Under the pieces are notes generated by a model. It was not told the DNA's origin. It did not search any database and saw only the letters and a list, made by a program, of their open reading frames with translations. From NCBI GenBank assembly GCA_030704615.1, contig CM060732.1, positions 67,580,001 through 67,644,000 of the forward strand: 64,000 nt of DNA. The letters run 5' to 3'. Of this stretch, positions 1-13,896 are shown piece after piece. The DNA comes from Takakia lepidozioides (Eukaryota; Plantae; Bryophyta). Position 1 is the first letter of the stretch, and every line of letters starts with the position of its first letter. The position numbers and the translations under genes were made by a program.

Positions 1-1049
1 TCCTGTTGCTCCAAAACAAACAATTGAATAAAGCAGAACCACAACCTCTATTTTTGCATTTTTCTTCCTCTTGATACCTATTTCTATGCTCACATGTAAG
101 CATCCGTTTCAGTAGCTGACTGTTTTACTGGTCCCATGTTAGTGACAAAAGAATCTGAATGATCCCTATGTTAAGTAAAAGAGCAGTGGACCACTTTAGT
201 TTGTCACAGTCTTGTTGTACATCTACATATACATATATGCATTTGAAAAAATGATGAAGGGTCATTTAGTTAAAGGCGGGAATAAGACAATACTGTAACA
301 GCTAAAAACTTCTTTGTGAAATCTTCAGGAGTAAAAACAGAGATAACAAACAAAGAGGGTTGACAGATGTGGAGGGAACATTTAAGGAGGGTGGACTGCA
401 TAGCAAGAAGCACTCTCTAATCATGAAGAAAACAGGGATGATGAACATGATCCATGCGTCCAAGCATTCCAGTAACCAGAAAAAGCTTTATATAAATTTG
501 CGCATCAAATTGGCAGCAGTGTAGTTCCGATCCAAAACACGGTCATACATCCTCTTAATTGGAGCAACCTTCTATAAGCGGACACTTGATGTCTTAAATG
601 AATGCGTTGCCGAGTCACTAGTCCCGTCTCTCAACTAGAATGAAAATCGGGACCCTCCATCTATAATACATCAATAGTTTTCTCTATAGAGATGTTCAAA
701 GTGCTGATTTCTTCGTATGAACATCGAACTTCCACAAATGGGCGTTGGCGTCATTGGGATGGATCGCTGCCTTGCCATTTCAAAGCTTTCCGCATCCCAC
801 CCGATAACCGCTATATTACTCCAGCTTTCTAATCGATTGCACATTTTCTCAGAGATGCTTCTGTCCAAGGATGTTATGAGCTGTGTCCAGCACTGGTGAC
901 TAGCCGTTGTGGATCACTGGGATCAACCGCCACACAGGTAATTTTATACACGAAAAGTGGCCATCAACGCACCTGCAATTTCTTATGCATAGCGGAGTTG
1001 GAAGGACCAGCATTAGCTAATCGTGACGGTGATGGAAATTCGGATTGGC

Positions 1050-4000
1050 TCAAGCAACTCTACTTCGTAGCATATGGGGCGCAGTGGTGAACGCACGTGA
1101 AGGGGCCTTGGAGGCTTTGCTGAGAAGAGAATGACATCCTCGCATGTGCACCTTTAATGAATCTGGCTTGAATGTTCTACCACATTGCCTGCACCACAGT
1201 GTACATTGGGCCACTTTAAAAAAGTGCTGAAGTGTCAAATTATACACATAGCCTCGCCAGTTCTACTCCAGACAGCCCTGGAATGGCTGCAAGAAGCAGT
1301 TTATTAAAGACCAACTGAGACCAACAGCACACATGAGGATCATACATCTGTTTTCCAATAACCCAGTGTGATGTTGTCATCAAGGAAGTCCTTCTGTAGT
1401 AGCATCACATAACCAGACTCAGGGAATAGTTTCTTGGCAATGCATTTTGATGATTTGCTTGAATTCAGTACACTTATAGGAAATAGAGTGCACAAGAGAA
1501 GCTGAAATGGAGATAAAGGGCATCATGTGAGTACAAATACTTACGAGCACTCTTGTAAGATTTGTTTGAATCCGGGAGGTGGTAAGCTGTTGTTTACAGC
1601 CTCTTGAAGAGTCTTCTCCCAGTCTAGATTTGTTAATCCAGGTGTCAATAGCCTGCAGGACATAATAAACATTTATCAGACTTTTGGTATGTGGTGCAAG
1701 GAAACAAAATTTAGCACCTTGGTGATGCAAAGATTGGTACGTGGACGGAAGCATGACCATCAACCATAGCCATGTTAGAGGGAGTTTTTGAGCCCAGCAA
1801 CTATGATCGAAACGACCTTATCATCAACGTACTGAGTTGCAAGCTATTTTCCATCAGTCTGGGGGGGTAAGCAAAACCAGTGGCCTCTTCCTTGTAAATC
1901 ATGGCAAATGACAGAGATATGTGGTTTCCACCAGTTAACAAACACATTACTCCAACCTCCTTATTCATGGTGCACTTAGCCAACAATCATGCACAAAATT
2001 CTAGAAGTATCTGATTTTCATTATTGGCATCCCAGTCCTTCCAAGGCATGCTGCTCTCTTGTGACTCTTCAATAAAGAGAGAACCTGCATAACTTTATAA
2101 AGGTACTCTCCTTCTCTCTTTGTGATCTGGACCAAGGAATCACAAGCAAACATACAATAAAGTGGTAGAAGCTAATAGTTCAGAATCTGCACCTTTCATC
2201 TCTGCTTTTGAAGTCTTTCGGCTTTGGAGGATTTGGCACCACTTCTGACCATGGTACACTCACTATGGCACTTCTTTCTGTAGAGACAGTTGATTGCTTC
2301 ACTGTGCCACCACTATGTTTGTTGATGGAAAGTGAGGTTGGAGACACCTGAGTTGTAGATTCTTTTGAAGTGTGTCTTGAGGTTGGCAGTCTGGTGTCAT
2401 TGGTGCCTTTATGGAAGCCTGGAGGAAATGTCTTCACTTGAGTGGCAGAGATGTCCTTTGCAACTCCAGATTTTCTCTGTGGGGCCTTCACCGTCCTGGA
2501 TCCAGCACAGTAAGCTGACGTCAGATACATGGAAAAACCATTCTTCAGTGCAACTGATTTCAATTGAAACAGAAAGCAGTAACATCAAATACAATCAAAG
2601 GTGATCATGCTAAGGAAGTAACATGGCAACAAAGACATTTACCTGGTTATGGAGGTGCCCAAGTCCGCATTAGTAGACACAGATTCAGCTGATGTCTGTC
2701 GAGCTGCAGTCCTCTCCATGATGGTACAGTTTGATATTTCTTGCATTCTAGGCTGACTGGGAATGCAGCCAGCTTGTACTACTGTTTCAGCTTGGTGGGG
2801 GGAGTCTGCAGCTTTGGAGATATTTTGGGTGCATGTGACTGGCGTAGAGGGGGTCACAGGCCGCGAGGTCTTCATTTCAGACTTAAGCTTGACGGATTCA
2901 TCAGCAGCTTCTCTTTTACTATGTGGCACAATAACTTCCTCGATTATCCCAACATCTTTGCAGCCAAGGTCAAAGCCTTTATTGTCAATCACTTGGCAGC
3001 TAGATCCTCCGGAGCCTCCCAACGCGTGATTTTCTAAGATTTCATAGGCACACACCTTGCTCATCTTCCCAGATCTTTCAGAGGACGACTTGATCTCCTT
3101 AACCAATTTTGCAGATGCAGAGTTCCCCTCATCCTCCCATATGTCACAGGTCAGATTGCTCTCCTGTGATGATCTTTCAGAGACAGAGATAGATCTAAAA
3201 GGGGAGGGACGGAGAGTAGGATAGCTGGGGACAGGAACAACAGAAACAGATGGCTTCCGCATAGACATGCTCCCTGGTTTTCCAGGGGCAGACTTGTTCC
3301 TTGTCTGCTTGGACTTGCCTCCAGTACGCCACAGTGCCCAGATCGACCTGGCCGTGGAGGAAGACTTGGAAGATGGTTGCTCCAATTCTCGTGATATAGA
3401 CTGTGCTTTCAAAGAGTCGACCCCGCTGCTGCACATTAGCCTTGGCCGGAATACACCCAAGCAGGAAGGTTTCTGGCCTATGATTGAGACTGCTTCATCA
3501 TCCTTTAGTGAATCTAACGGAGGGCTCTTGCCGTCTAGGAATCCAAAAATACGCCTATCGACATCTTCTAAACTAAATACAGGAGGTACTTTCATGTTTT
3601 GAGTTCCAAATACAGCCCTCTGCACGGTACTCCTCTTACAAGTTTTCCTCTGTAAGGGGATTTCTGGTGCTGATGAAGCTAGGGCGAATGAGAAAGATGA
3701 GACAGCTTTCTTGGTGTGAGAGAGTTTCGTGGGGGCAACGACCTTTCCTGATTCTGCGGTGACCTCTTCATGGGGAGGGGACACGTCTCCCTCAGATGGA
3801 AAGGAACGGTAGTACATCGCTGGGGTGGAAACGCTATTTTTTCCTGCAACAAATGTTGATATTGTTGACCTCTTGACGATAATGTTGTCATTTAAATTGT
3901 TCCGCTCATTGAATTCGTCAAAAGGAACAGTCTCGCAGCTTGATGCATCACTCTGCTCTATGCTGCAAGCTTCGGGTGCAGATTTGGACTGTGAAAGGCT

Positions 4001-5208
4001 GTCCATAATCTGCTGGTTCAGATTCATGCTGCTATCTGAGGAGAGCTTTTTTACATCATCGTTCAGCAAGAAACTGCCAGAATGCGCTGAAGATGTGTTG
4101 CCTTCTAGTTGAAAATGCTTGGATTCAGTGCTGCGGATTGCAGACGTGATGCAGGAATCAGCTGCCCGAGACTTCCTTGAAATTCTCTTGCTTAGCGACT
4201 GGTACTCCTCATCGTGTTGTTCTCCTTTATCTGTCCAAAATAACTGACTTACAACACGTCCCTGCAGTACTCACTCTCCATGACATAGCTATATTTTCCC
4301 TGGTTCACATGGCCAGGCCACAGCTACATCTCTGACCAACTAGTACTCCTTGATCAACTGCTGAGACTGATTTTTCCTTGGTTTCAAATCATCCCTCAGC
4401 AGAATCCCCTACTCAAAATCAAAACATGAGGAACAGCATGCTGTAAATTACCTTGCCAGCCGTCAATAAGTTCTGAAGCTTTGAGGACAAATTCACCACT
4501 CCCCTGTAGAGGGCGAATTTCATCGTCTTCGCTCAAATCATGCCAAATGAAGGTGCTCTTATAGTTCCTGCAAGTACAAGGGGAATACAATTATGCGTGC
4601 AAGAAAGGTCCCCGGGTTCAACCTCAGAATGCCCCTACTTAAAAAGGTATGACTGTAGATCAATGCTGGCAGTACCAGGGATAATGTGATGCTCCTCACT
4701 GGCGAGTAGAGTTCAAACAGGTTTCGCTCGGACCTCTTAAGTAGTGCTGCTCAGCAGTATTGGAGGAGAAAGGGAACGAATTCAAAGATGACAGGGCCAC
4801 AGTCAAGCAGACCGGCCTCAAATAGCACAATCATTCAGCTAGCACAAGCAGATAGTTACCTTTGGTACGACCAAGAAAAAGAATCTGGCATTCCTTTTCC
4901 ACGAAGTGTCGTCAATCGTTTCTTCACATCTGCAATTTTGCGTAAAGCAATGCCAGCACTCAGTACGCCCTTTGTTTGGCAAACAATTGAATGTGGAAGT
5001 GATTAGACTGTTGAATCGGCAGTACTGGTTCTTAATTATAAAAGAGAACAGAAACCTAAAGAATGTCATAGTGATTTGTACCTCTCAAGCAAAGGCCCTC
5101 TTGGTCAGAGGGATAGTGGACCTCAATCATATGCGGATGCTCCAGTTGGCCACCCCGGCTCAGCTGATATACCACCTGCACCTTCGTCGAGGGCACTTGA
5201 CCTTTCAT
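1050..5208 (-). CDS. SOK: SOSEKI family polarity protein (N-terminal DIX-like/DUF966 domain, C-terminal C2HC zinc finger), 7 exons
   Basis: Phase-compatible GT-AG exons at 5208-5082, 4929-4860, 4567-4452, 4230-2643, ~2495-2193, 1652-1545 and 1188-1050. They splice to MKGQVPSTKVQVVYQLSRGGQLEHPHMIEV...LRDVKKRLTTLRGKGMPDSFSWSYQRNYKSTFIWHDLSEDDEIRP...EFVLKASEL (SOSEKI DIX-like) and ...LPPPGFKQILQECSQCGRTFKPDSLKVHMRGCH (zinc finger). The exon 5 acceptor is the least certain. Confidence 0.9.
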
Positions 5209-5865
5209 CGCAGCTTCTCAGACAAATGATCCTTAAGTAGCACGTAACGAATCTGACTTGGTCAATCTAAGGGAGCTCGAAGGTCGATATTTGTCAGAAG
5301 AGATTGTAAGCTCATGAGAGTTCAAAAAAACTTCAAAAACCCTGGATACTGAAGAACTGAAGGGATTTCAGACCAGCATTACGAGCGAGAACTAACCAGC
5401 AACCGTACGTCTAAAAACTGACTCTTAAGACAGGAGGAGTTGGCAGTTGGCTCGACAACTGTGGACATTAAACACAGGGTCTCCTCAGCTTCTCTCGCTC
5501 GGGTAAGCGACTGGCAAACTTAAATGCCTGCAAGAGTGGAAGTCAGAAACGACTGATCAAGTGATTGCCGGGTAGCATTCGTCAAAAAGAGCAACCCTTG
5601 GTTCCGTTCACAGAATGAAGACGAGATATATATTCCGAGTCTCCCTCGAACAAGCATTGCGAAACTGAATAACTGCGAAACATTCAGACGAATAATTTAC
5701 TCAAATGATGATTTTGCAGGTACTCTTCAGCACAGAAACGGGTAAGTCCTATCCTCACGGGTCCAGACACTGCGTCAATCGACAGGCATTCCCAGCTCGT
5801 TTATCACTAGTACACAGGCCCAGGAGAGGCAAAGACAGTCACGAATTGCTCCAAACCATCGCCTG

Positions 5866-5868
<3 letters not shown>

Positions 5869-5908
<40 letters not shown>
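5869..5908. repeat. (GA)20 microsatellite upstream of SOSEKI
   Basis: Perfect GA run seen directly. Confidence 0.95.
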
Positions 5909-5910
<2 letters not shown>

Positions 5911-7259
5911 CCACACTGCACCGATCAACTGCGGATCTTACAAAAAGCAGTATCTCTCTTCAAAGCGCAGCTCAATTGCACGCACCTCAGTGTATTGACA
6001 CTGCAATGCAACGCCACCCGTGCGAGTGATCAATGAAAGCGCGATGCAGAGAAGAGAGAGGCACAAGGAAAGAGGCCGGTGCGCTGCTGCTTTCATACAC
6101 TCCCTTTGCTGCCACCTTCTGACAACCCCCCACAGGCACCAACCGCGGCTCATCCATCATCCAACAGAGAGTGGGGCAGTCAGCATCATTCAATGCGCCG
6201 CATTCATCCAGAGAGAGATTCTGGAGAATGCCACCTGGCATTTCGCCACTACATACCCGCCTAATTCCGGTCCTACCTGTCAATTATTTTTCGGCGCCAA
6301 ATGCACACTCCCCGTCGAACCCTTGTTTACACATTTAATTGGCTGCTTCACGCCGTCTTATCATTTAATTATCCCATATCGTTTGGCGCACAGTGTACGT
6401 GGAAGAAACAAACGATAGGCCACCGACGTCCGTCCGGGGCCCACCACTGACGGCACTGCTTCTCGTTGAGCCCTACTTCCGTCCACTACCTGTGGCAACG
6501 TCCAGAGCTCAAATCTCGTTACAATCCCCATTTAGCAAAGCCGATATCGGATGCTCCGATGCTGTAAGAGTGTCTGACGCTAGACATTCACCGGGCCCGC
6601 AATTTAGAGCCTGGAGCTTTTAATATTACAATGAACACGCTCCCCAATACGACAAGGGAAATCAACTGTGACGATAACAATTGCTTTTTTATTTAATTGT
6701 TTATTTATTTTAACTTAAACTAATTTTGTCTATCTTACAATCACTATCTCAACTTTTCAGTTTTTGTCCCCTAATAATAATAATCCCGTGACCGTACGCC
6801 CCGGCCAAAATTCAACTTGTAAAGAAACCGTAACAAAAGCAAATTTACTTACTTACATACTCGGTACTTGCGGCAGTGTCAGCCATGCAATCATTCATCC
6901 AGCTGGGGTCTCAAGTACGAAATAAATTTTTCATCCATCCTGCGCATCACAAGAATAGGCTAGTACAAGCCCTTTCTGCGAAGGACGAATGTACAGACAG
7001 TCGTGCATCGCGGACTTCTGTCAGGTAACAGCGGACGAAGTTAGGTCACCGGCGCAAGTACGCGCCTCACAGATCTCGGCAGACTTCCATAATAGACTGG
7101 AGCGCTGCCGTCCGTCGCCGTCAGCTGCCATCCCTGAGAAATCATTAGGTCATGCACCGGCCGCGTGTCGGAGCACGGGCCGGTGGACGGCGTCCACGGA
7201 GTCTGTCCGACGCTGTCGCGAACTGGAGGCAGCAGTCCGGTCAGACGGCAGGAGCCCAG

Positions 7260-7865
7260 TCAACTGGTTTTTGCTCAGATTCCCTCTCCAAAGCAAATTT
7301 CCGAGTTCTCTGCCTCCACAGATTGTCCGTTCGGTAAAGTATTCTATTTGGGCAGCTTGGAACGCGCATGTGCCAGAGAGATGCAATAAAGCCTACCCCA
7401 CCCCTCCCAAATTCAGTCAACACAGGGAGAGCAATCTTCTTGGCTGTGAAGAGGAGAAGTGTCCCTACACTCTCCCTCTCCCTGTGTGGTGGGACTGTGA
7501 GGAGTCCCAGTGTCCCTACACTCTCCCACTGTCCTGATGGTGTTCCAGTGGGGAGGTTTGCTTGCACAGGTGGTTGGGACAAATTATTGACTACAGTCCC
7601 GATTTGCAAAAGGCCTGCCATCAAGGAGGCCAGATGGCATCCATCCAAATGATTGGACTCGATTCAAGCAGGAGTGTATGATTGCCTGCCACTCTCCCAA
7701 ATTTGGAACAAAATGGAGTTGTCAATGATCCAAGGTGGTGAGCAGCAGGTGATGTGGAGCTCAAATCCTGCTGGGCTGGTCCCAGATGCTGGCCCCCCAA
7801 CAAAAGAAAAGAGGAAAGGAAGCCATGAATCTGAGAGGACCCGATGGATCGCTAGGGCCCGCTAA
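7260..7865 (+). mobile_element. Possible decayed 3' end of a LINE (L1-like ORF2 C-terminus)
   Basis: Trp-rich fragments (SIWAAWNAHVPERC; QIWNKMELS...QVMWSSNP) are broken by stops and by a local duplication of gtgtccctacactctccc. No RT core is visible. Confidence 0.3.
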
Positions 7866-8501
7866 ATCTCTGTGGTTGTTTGAAAAGCTGGTTGCTTTTG
7901 ATGATTGTGTAGCGCTGAAATATATATTTTTCGTTGCATACATACCTCTCCAGATGGAGTGAGAGATGCTGAGTCCCTGACACTCAATGATGGTGCTCTT
8001 ATTGTTCATTCGTGAACTGTTATTCTTTCATTCACAACTCGCTTCAGTCATCTTCTTCTTCATAAATTTCCCGCTATACAGTTACAAACTTAACTGTAGC
8101 CGAAGGTCCCTCATTAGTATAGGCAGAATTAATATTGCACATAACATTAAACAGAGGAGTCTTTGAATCCGAACTCACTTATGCATTTCAAAAATATAGA
8201 GTGTTTAAGATCACATTTAATGCGCTGTTTAGTTGTTCTAGACACGTTGTGTTGATTAGAGGAGACAATCTCGGTCCATTCATTACTGAAATGGTTTTCC
8301 CCCAGATGATCTGAATATGTAGATAAGGGTCCCAAATTGGCCAGGGTTATTTTTAACGTACAAAATGAGGATTGGGGTGGGACTAGGGGACTTTTCAAGG
8401 TCTCCAGAGTGGGACAGTGGACTCTCAGTGTTTTAAAATGTGGCGAAAAAACGCCAGATTTCCATCTGGAAAAGGGGTGAGCTACTTTTACAAGGGAATT
8501 A

Positions 8502-8684
8502 CCAACAGTCAGTAGCTCAGTTGGTAAAGTGCCATCCGGATGACCCTGGGGTCAAATCCTGCTACTTGACGGGTGTTGGTACGCTCTTCTCCCCCTCTTC
8601 TCCCCCTCTTCTCCTCTCTCTATCAAGGGGCCTGATTTGTGAATTGTCGCTCCCAGGTGTTTCCCCTTTTTATTTTATTTTTAA
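8502..8684 (+). mobile_element. tRNA-derived SINE with 10-bp target-site duplication
   Basis: Pol III A-box TAGCTCAGTTGG (~8513), B-box-like GGTCAAATCC (~8550) and a T-rich tail. AAGGGAATTA lies on both sides (8492-8501 and 8685-8694), and the flanks join into a copy of the dispersed repeat seen at ~19150-19390. Confidence 0.75.
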
Positions 8685-11129
8685 AAGGGAATTATGGGAG
8701 TAAAAATAAAAAAATTGGCCAGAACGTGCCAATGGTTAAACATCAGGAGCCATATTTCTTCTACGTGGACCTGTTAGAATGTGCCACCTGTTATAAAGCC
8801 ACTTCTATAACCCCTCCAATTGTTACTCTCGCCACATGGGCGCTGGGTAAAATTTACATGTGGCCCTTGTGGGGATTTTGGAAAAGTGGAAAAAACACGG
8901 GTGGATAGGCTAGGAACTGATTTACCACTACACAAAGAAAGGTAGGAAATTAAGGTTCAGGTTAGTATTTAGTGGTAAATAAATATAACTATACTGAAAC
9001 ATTTTCCGAACTCTTCAAATTCCTTTACCACCGGACATTCACTCTGTTTGGGCTTCTAGCTTAACGTTTCAAAATATTCCATGTATGAAATCAAGGCTAC
9101 AATTTGCCGGAAGAGAACGGACCGGAAAAAGCGACGAACAAGACGATAGGTCCATGGAAGACGTTTGCTTCCATTTTCATTGATTGAACTAGAGGATGAT
9201 TGCACATAGCAAGTAAGTATATCCATCTCTTTTGCAAGCTACCCCATGGAGTACTGAGTTATTAGTTACCTCTCAGGCCATGTCAGCTGTATTCTCCATG
9301 GAACATTTGCCATAGAGGTAAGGCAAAACGTTTAAGAGTCAGCGTTGAACTTAACTTAACTTAACCCTAGTATGGGGCCCCATTTTCACAACATACTGTG
9401 AAAGATAAAAGATAAAGATAAAGTTTATTTAACGTAAAGAAAGGACCCTGGGCCCTAAGTCTTTTTAATCTCACAGATTTCTGAGTCCCTGTAAAAGTGA
9501 CCATGGAATTTAATGCCCACCTAACCAATCTATTACCTCAAAAAATCTCAGCCATCTTATCCAACTGCCAGAATTAGAAGATTATACATAATATAAGTTC
9601 AGATGTGGCCCAAAACGAATCCTTCTTAAAAATGAAGAGCATAAAAAACCCAAGAAATTTGCCAAATTTGGGCAATGTCTTAATTGCATGATATGAAATT
9701 CTTGGGAATAGTGTACCTCACATGGTAACACAGCTTCCTTGAAATTTCCTTTTTTTTTTTACCTGTTTTTGTGGGCTGCTTTGTACTCACTGGACGTTAA
9801 AATTTCTGACACGACGTTAGAGAAAAAACTTTATCCTTACCTTTATCTTTCACTCATAAATTGGGGGGTCAAAAAACCCAATTTGCAGTGGGCAGGCCAA
9901 TATTGGGCTGCGAAAATTACCTAGGACAAATCTACCCTCCAAGAGTGGTCCATGTCATCCTTGCATGCAATAGAAAAATTTCAATCCAATGGGGCAATGC
10001 TTTAGGTTATTTTGGGGGCCCTCCCTGCTACTTCCCAGCCCAATCTATATTTTAGCTTGCAGCCCTACGATATTTCCTACTCTAGCCTTTGTACCTAGTG
10101 GGTTTTGAGTTTTGAGACCTTTTGCCCCTGTGCTCATTCAGGGGATGATGAGGGTTTGTGGACAACCCCATTGGAGCAGAACCCTTTAAGAACCTTTGCT
10201 CAGATTTGGTGTCACCCTTCCTTTTACCAGCCCATCTCCTCTACCCATCCTACACCTTTATGGCTAGCCTGCCCTGGGACCGAACGTCCACAGCTCTCCA
10301 CGTGCTTCGGATCGGATGGCTGACATGCATGCTGCGCATCATGGGGTATTGTGGGCTAGCCGACTTAGGAAGTGGTGGAAACCAGGCTTTCCCTAACCTG
10401 ACCGTGGTTGCCATGCAAGCAACTCGAGCAAAATGACTCAGCAAAAACATGCGAGAAACGCTGACTTAGCCCCAGATTGGGGGATCTAGTACTGCATGTA
10501 TAACATTTTTTTTGAAAGTTTGGCCAATGCCATTGTGTATAAAAATCCTTTTCCTACCTAATGAGCCAAAATTGACTCGAACTGGAGGGAATCCTAGTTA
10601 GAACTGGATGGTTCACCTAACTTGACCCATTTGGGTCGGTGACATTTTAAGGGCTAATATGTTCCAGGTGGCTAGGTGGTGTTGTCACCAAATTTCATAA
10701 GCAAACTCCAAATTCCTGAAGGGGGCTCCTTTGTTGGGGGGTAAAATTGCCCTCCAACTATATTATAACCGGAAAGCATTCCAAGGTTCAGATGTTCCTT
10801 TTAGTGATTTCCGAATCCCATTCTACTCAAGCATTGTATTGCCTGACTTGGCGGCAACATGTTGGTGAACCGAATTTTGTATTGAATTCATGGGACCATC
10901 CATGGCTTTACTTACAAGTACATGCATATCTCCCATCTATACATTAAATTTGGTAGTTTGTTGGCTCCCTTGTAGAGAGAGACTTTGCGGAGAGGTGCAA
11001 GTCAATGGAGAAAATGTGGTCAAAGTACCTTACACCGTTTAAAGGCGCTGATTGGTGTGTTGTGCTGAGTCATGCTCCCTTTTCTTACCTTCCTCTTATG
11101 TTGTACCAAAGCAAAGCAAGAGAGCCAAT

Positions 11130-11900
11130 TGCCGTTTGAGGCTTGTTTGGTATTGCATTGTTTTGTTTGTAGCGTCATTGAGATCTCCACAAGGCCTCTG
11201 CCAAGGGTCTTGTACCCCTAAAAAGCCTGATGAGTAGGGGTGCATCTAGATAGTTCTATAATTTTTGGACCTATGATGTGGGAGATATTGTGTTTCAAGT
11301 CTTTTTCGTCACTAGGAATTCATGAAAAATAGCAAATTGGGTTTTTTTTATAGTTGAAATACATATATATTTACAATGTATGCTCAAGACTCAGTCTTAA
11401 CAATAATGTTAACACCAATATTCCAGAAAAACCCAATTTACTATTATTCATGAGTTTCCAACGACAAAAAATACTTGAAATTCAATATCTCCCACACCGC
11501 AAGTCCAAAAATTATGAAACTGTCTGGATGCATTCATCAAACGCTTTCCAGTGGTATGAAGACCTTGGGCAGGGGCCTTGCGGCTTGGGAGACCTCAACG
11601 ATGCTACAAAACAAAACAAAACAAACTACCAAGCTTAATAAGATTGACTACTGTTGTGATATGTGCCATTGAGCACATATAATCATTCTATATATTAAAA
11701 AACCCAATTTGCTATTTTCCATGAGTTTTAATGACAAAAAAACACTTGAAATCCAATATCTCCCACACGGCAGGTCCAAAAATTACGAAACCGCCTCGAT
11801 GCACCCTATTCATCGAGGGCTTTCCAGCGGTTCAAGACCCTGAGCGCATGCCTTGCGATTTGGGAGATCTCAACGACGCTACAATAACCAAAACAAAATG
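11130..11900. repeat. Cluster of ~220-bp dispersed repeat modules (one inverted, two direct); non-autonomous TE family
   Basis: The module aaaaacccaatttgctatttt...aatatctcccacac...ttatgaaac...ttgggagatctcaacga...caaaacaaaacaaac occurs at ~11130-11350 (rc), ~11428-11635 and ~11697-11900, and again at ~12660-12860 (rc) and ~18285-18490. Confidence 0.8.
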
Positions 11901-11984
11901 AGGTAGCATGTGCGCAGGCTCACGCCTCAGTAAGCGTGCTCACTCACGTGAGCACAAGAGGATATTCAAAAGTTCCAAGAATAT

Positions 11985-12650
11985 TTTCATAAGATACTTA
12001 AGCGAAACTAAAATATAAGCACGCCATACCTAATGTGAAACCTTTCGAAATATTTACTCACGTGAACATAAACCTCACAACTAGGGCTTAGAGAATTTTC
12101 TATATGGCCAATTCCTCAAACATGCCTGTTGATTAATAGTTGTATTTTTTAATCAAATGATGTAGCAATATCTAATATGCGAAAGTAGATGTAGTTCATT
12201 TTGTTTCATCCACAAAATTGTCATGGACGAGGATGTTATCCAATTTTCCTTAATACAATCTTGAAAAATCTATATTCTTGATTTATTTCGCTGGCGAAAC
12301 CTGTGGTCTGCTTTACTGCATTAAATTGTTGAACTCATTATTTGATTATTTGTGTGTTTTGGATGGTGTTGGTATTTGTGACTTTGTTTTCCCTACTATG
12401 TTATTCTTTTGCAAAATACCAATTTATAAATATATGGAACTTTGAACTTGTAAATATATAGTAAGAGAGCCTCTTCGTGTGAGGAATCCTATGTCTGTCC
12501 TTCATGTTCTATTTCCATGGAAACATAGGTACCCTATTGGCCTTTTCTGTGCTCACACCTTCATTTTTCTGCACTCACATCAACTGTGCTCACGCTCTAT
12601 CAAACCCCAGCAAAACAAAACAAACTACCAAATTTAATAATGTATTGATA
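11985..12650 (+). repeat. ~650-bp direct repeat, copy 1 (copy 2 at ~20130-20765)
   Basis: Co-linear near-identity from tttcataagatactta...cacgccatacctaatgtgaaac to aaacaaactaccaaatttaataatgtatt. Confidence 0.85.
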
Positions 12651-12659
12651 TTAAACAAA

Positions 12660-13896
12660 TGTAGTTTGTTTGTTTGTTTTTGTTTCGTTGATATCTCCCA
12701 AACCGCAGAGACTCCATCCGTGGTCTTGATACTGCTGGAAAGCGCTTGATGAGTCGGGGTGCACCGAGACGGTTTCATAATATTTGGACCAAAGATGTGG
12801 GAGATATTTTTTGTCACTGGAAATTCATGAAAAATAGCAAATTGGGGTTTTTCTGGAATATGTGCTCAACAGAGCATGCCACACTAGTCTCTATTAAGTT
12901 AGCATACGAAAAATTATAACATTTCACCATTGATTTAAGAATATTATAATTTTATAGGGATCACATGCCAATTTCAGTGAAGTACAACCTATATCTTTGA
13001 CCAAGCATTTTCTTTGAGCTAGATTACTGCTCTAGATGCAACACTGTACCAAAGTTTTTACCAAAGTTTTTCCCAAACCCCCAAAGGTGGCAAATTGCAA
13101 AATATAGTACAATTCTGTCTACCGCCTGGGACAGTCGAGGTTATAGGGTTAGAAAAGTGGCTATATACCAAGTGGCACATTTTAACTGGTCCATGTCGGC
13201 AAAATTAGGCTCCTGATATTCAACTACTGGTGCTTTTTGGTGAAATTGTCAGATTCTACCCACTATAATTCCTTTGTACAAGTAGGTGACCCATCTTCCA
13301 GGTCAAAAATCTGGCAATTTTTTGCCAAAAAACAAAACTGCACAGCCCAACATTTTCTTTATTGGCAATTTTCTGCCAGATTTCGACCTCAAGAAATAAA
13401 ATGCAATATTCTGTCACAAATTCCCTGCTTTTTTATGGATGAAATCGTCAAACTTCTCCAAATAAAAAATGAATTATGGATGTCAAATTTGCCAAATATA
13501 GATCATAGAAATGGATTAAAGTACATAGGTGGATGATTTATCCTAATTTCAGTGGATGAACAAAACGTACGGCTATTTTTTGCAAGACTCTGTAGCCACT
13601 CGTGTTGTGTTCCAAATTCCATTAAAAAAACGCTAGCACAACTGCGTTTACAAAAAGAGGTGTATCAAATTTGACCCAAAAGCTCTGAAAAATCAAGAGA
13701 AGTTGGTCAAGAGAGTCGTGTGACATTCTAATCACGTTGAATTGGGTTTCAATTGGTATTTTAACAGATTTGTGAATTTGTTTCCTACTTTGGAGAGGTT
13801 GCAAAAATATTTTATGCTCACAAAACAATTATAAGAAAAAAAAATATATGAGACTTTCATTCCGACGGCAAAATACGATGAAAATTTAGGTGAAGG
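12660..13896 (+). repeat. Left arm of a long inverted repeat (partner ~17487-18490; further partial inverted copy ~18500-19555)
   Basis: The reverse complement aligns by eye over ~1 kb, and both arms stop at the same inner sequence (ccttcacctaa at 13896 and 17487). Confidence 0.85.

Noticed and set aside
8502-8580. tRNA gene
   Set aside because: Has A/B boxes but no complete cloverleaf; the tail and TSD indicate a SINE.
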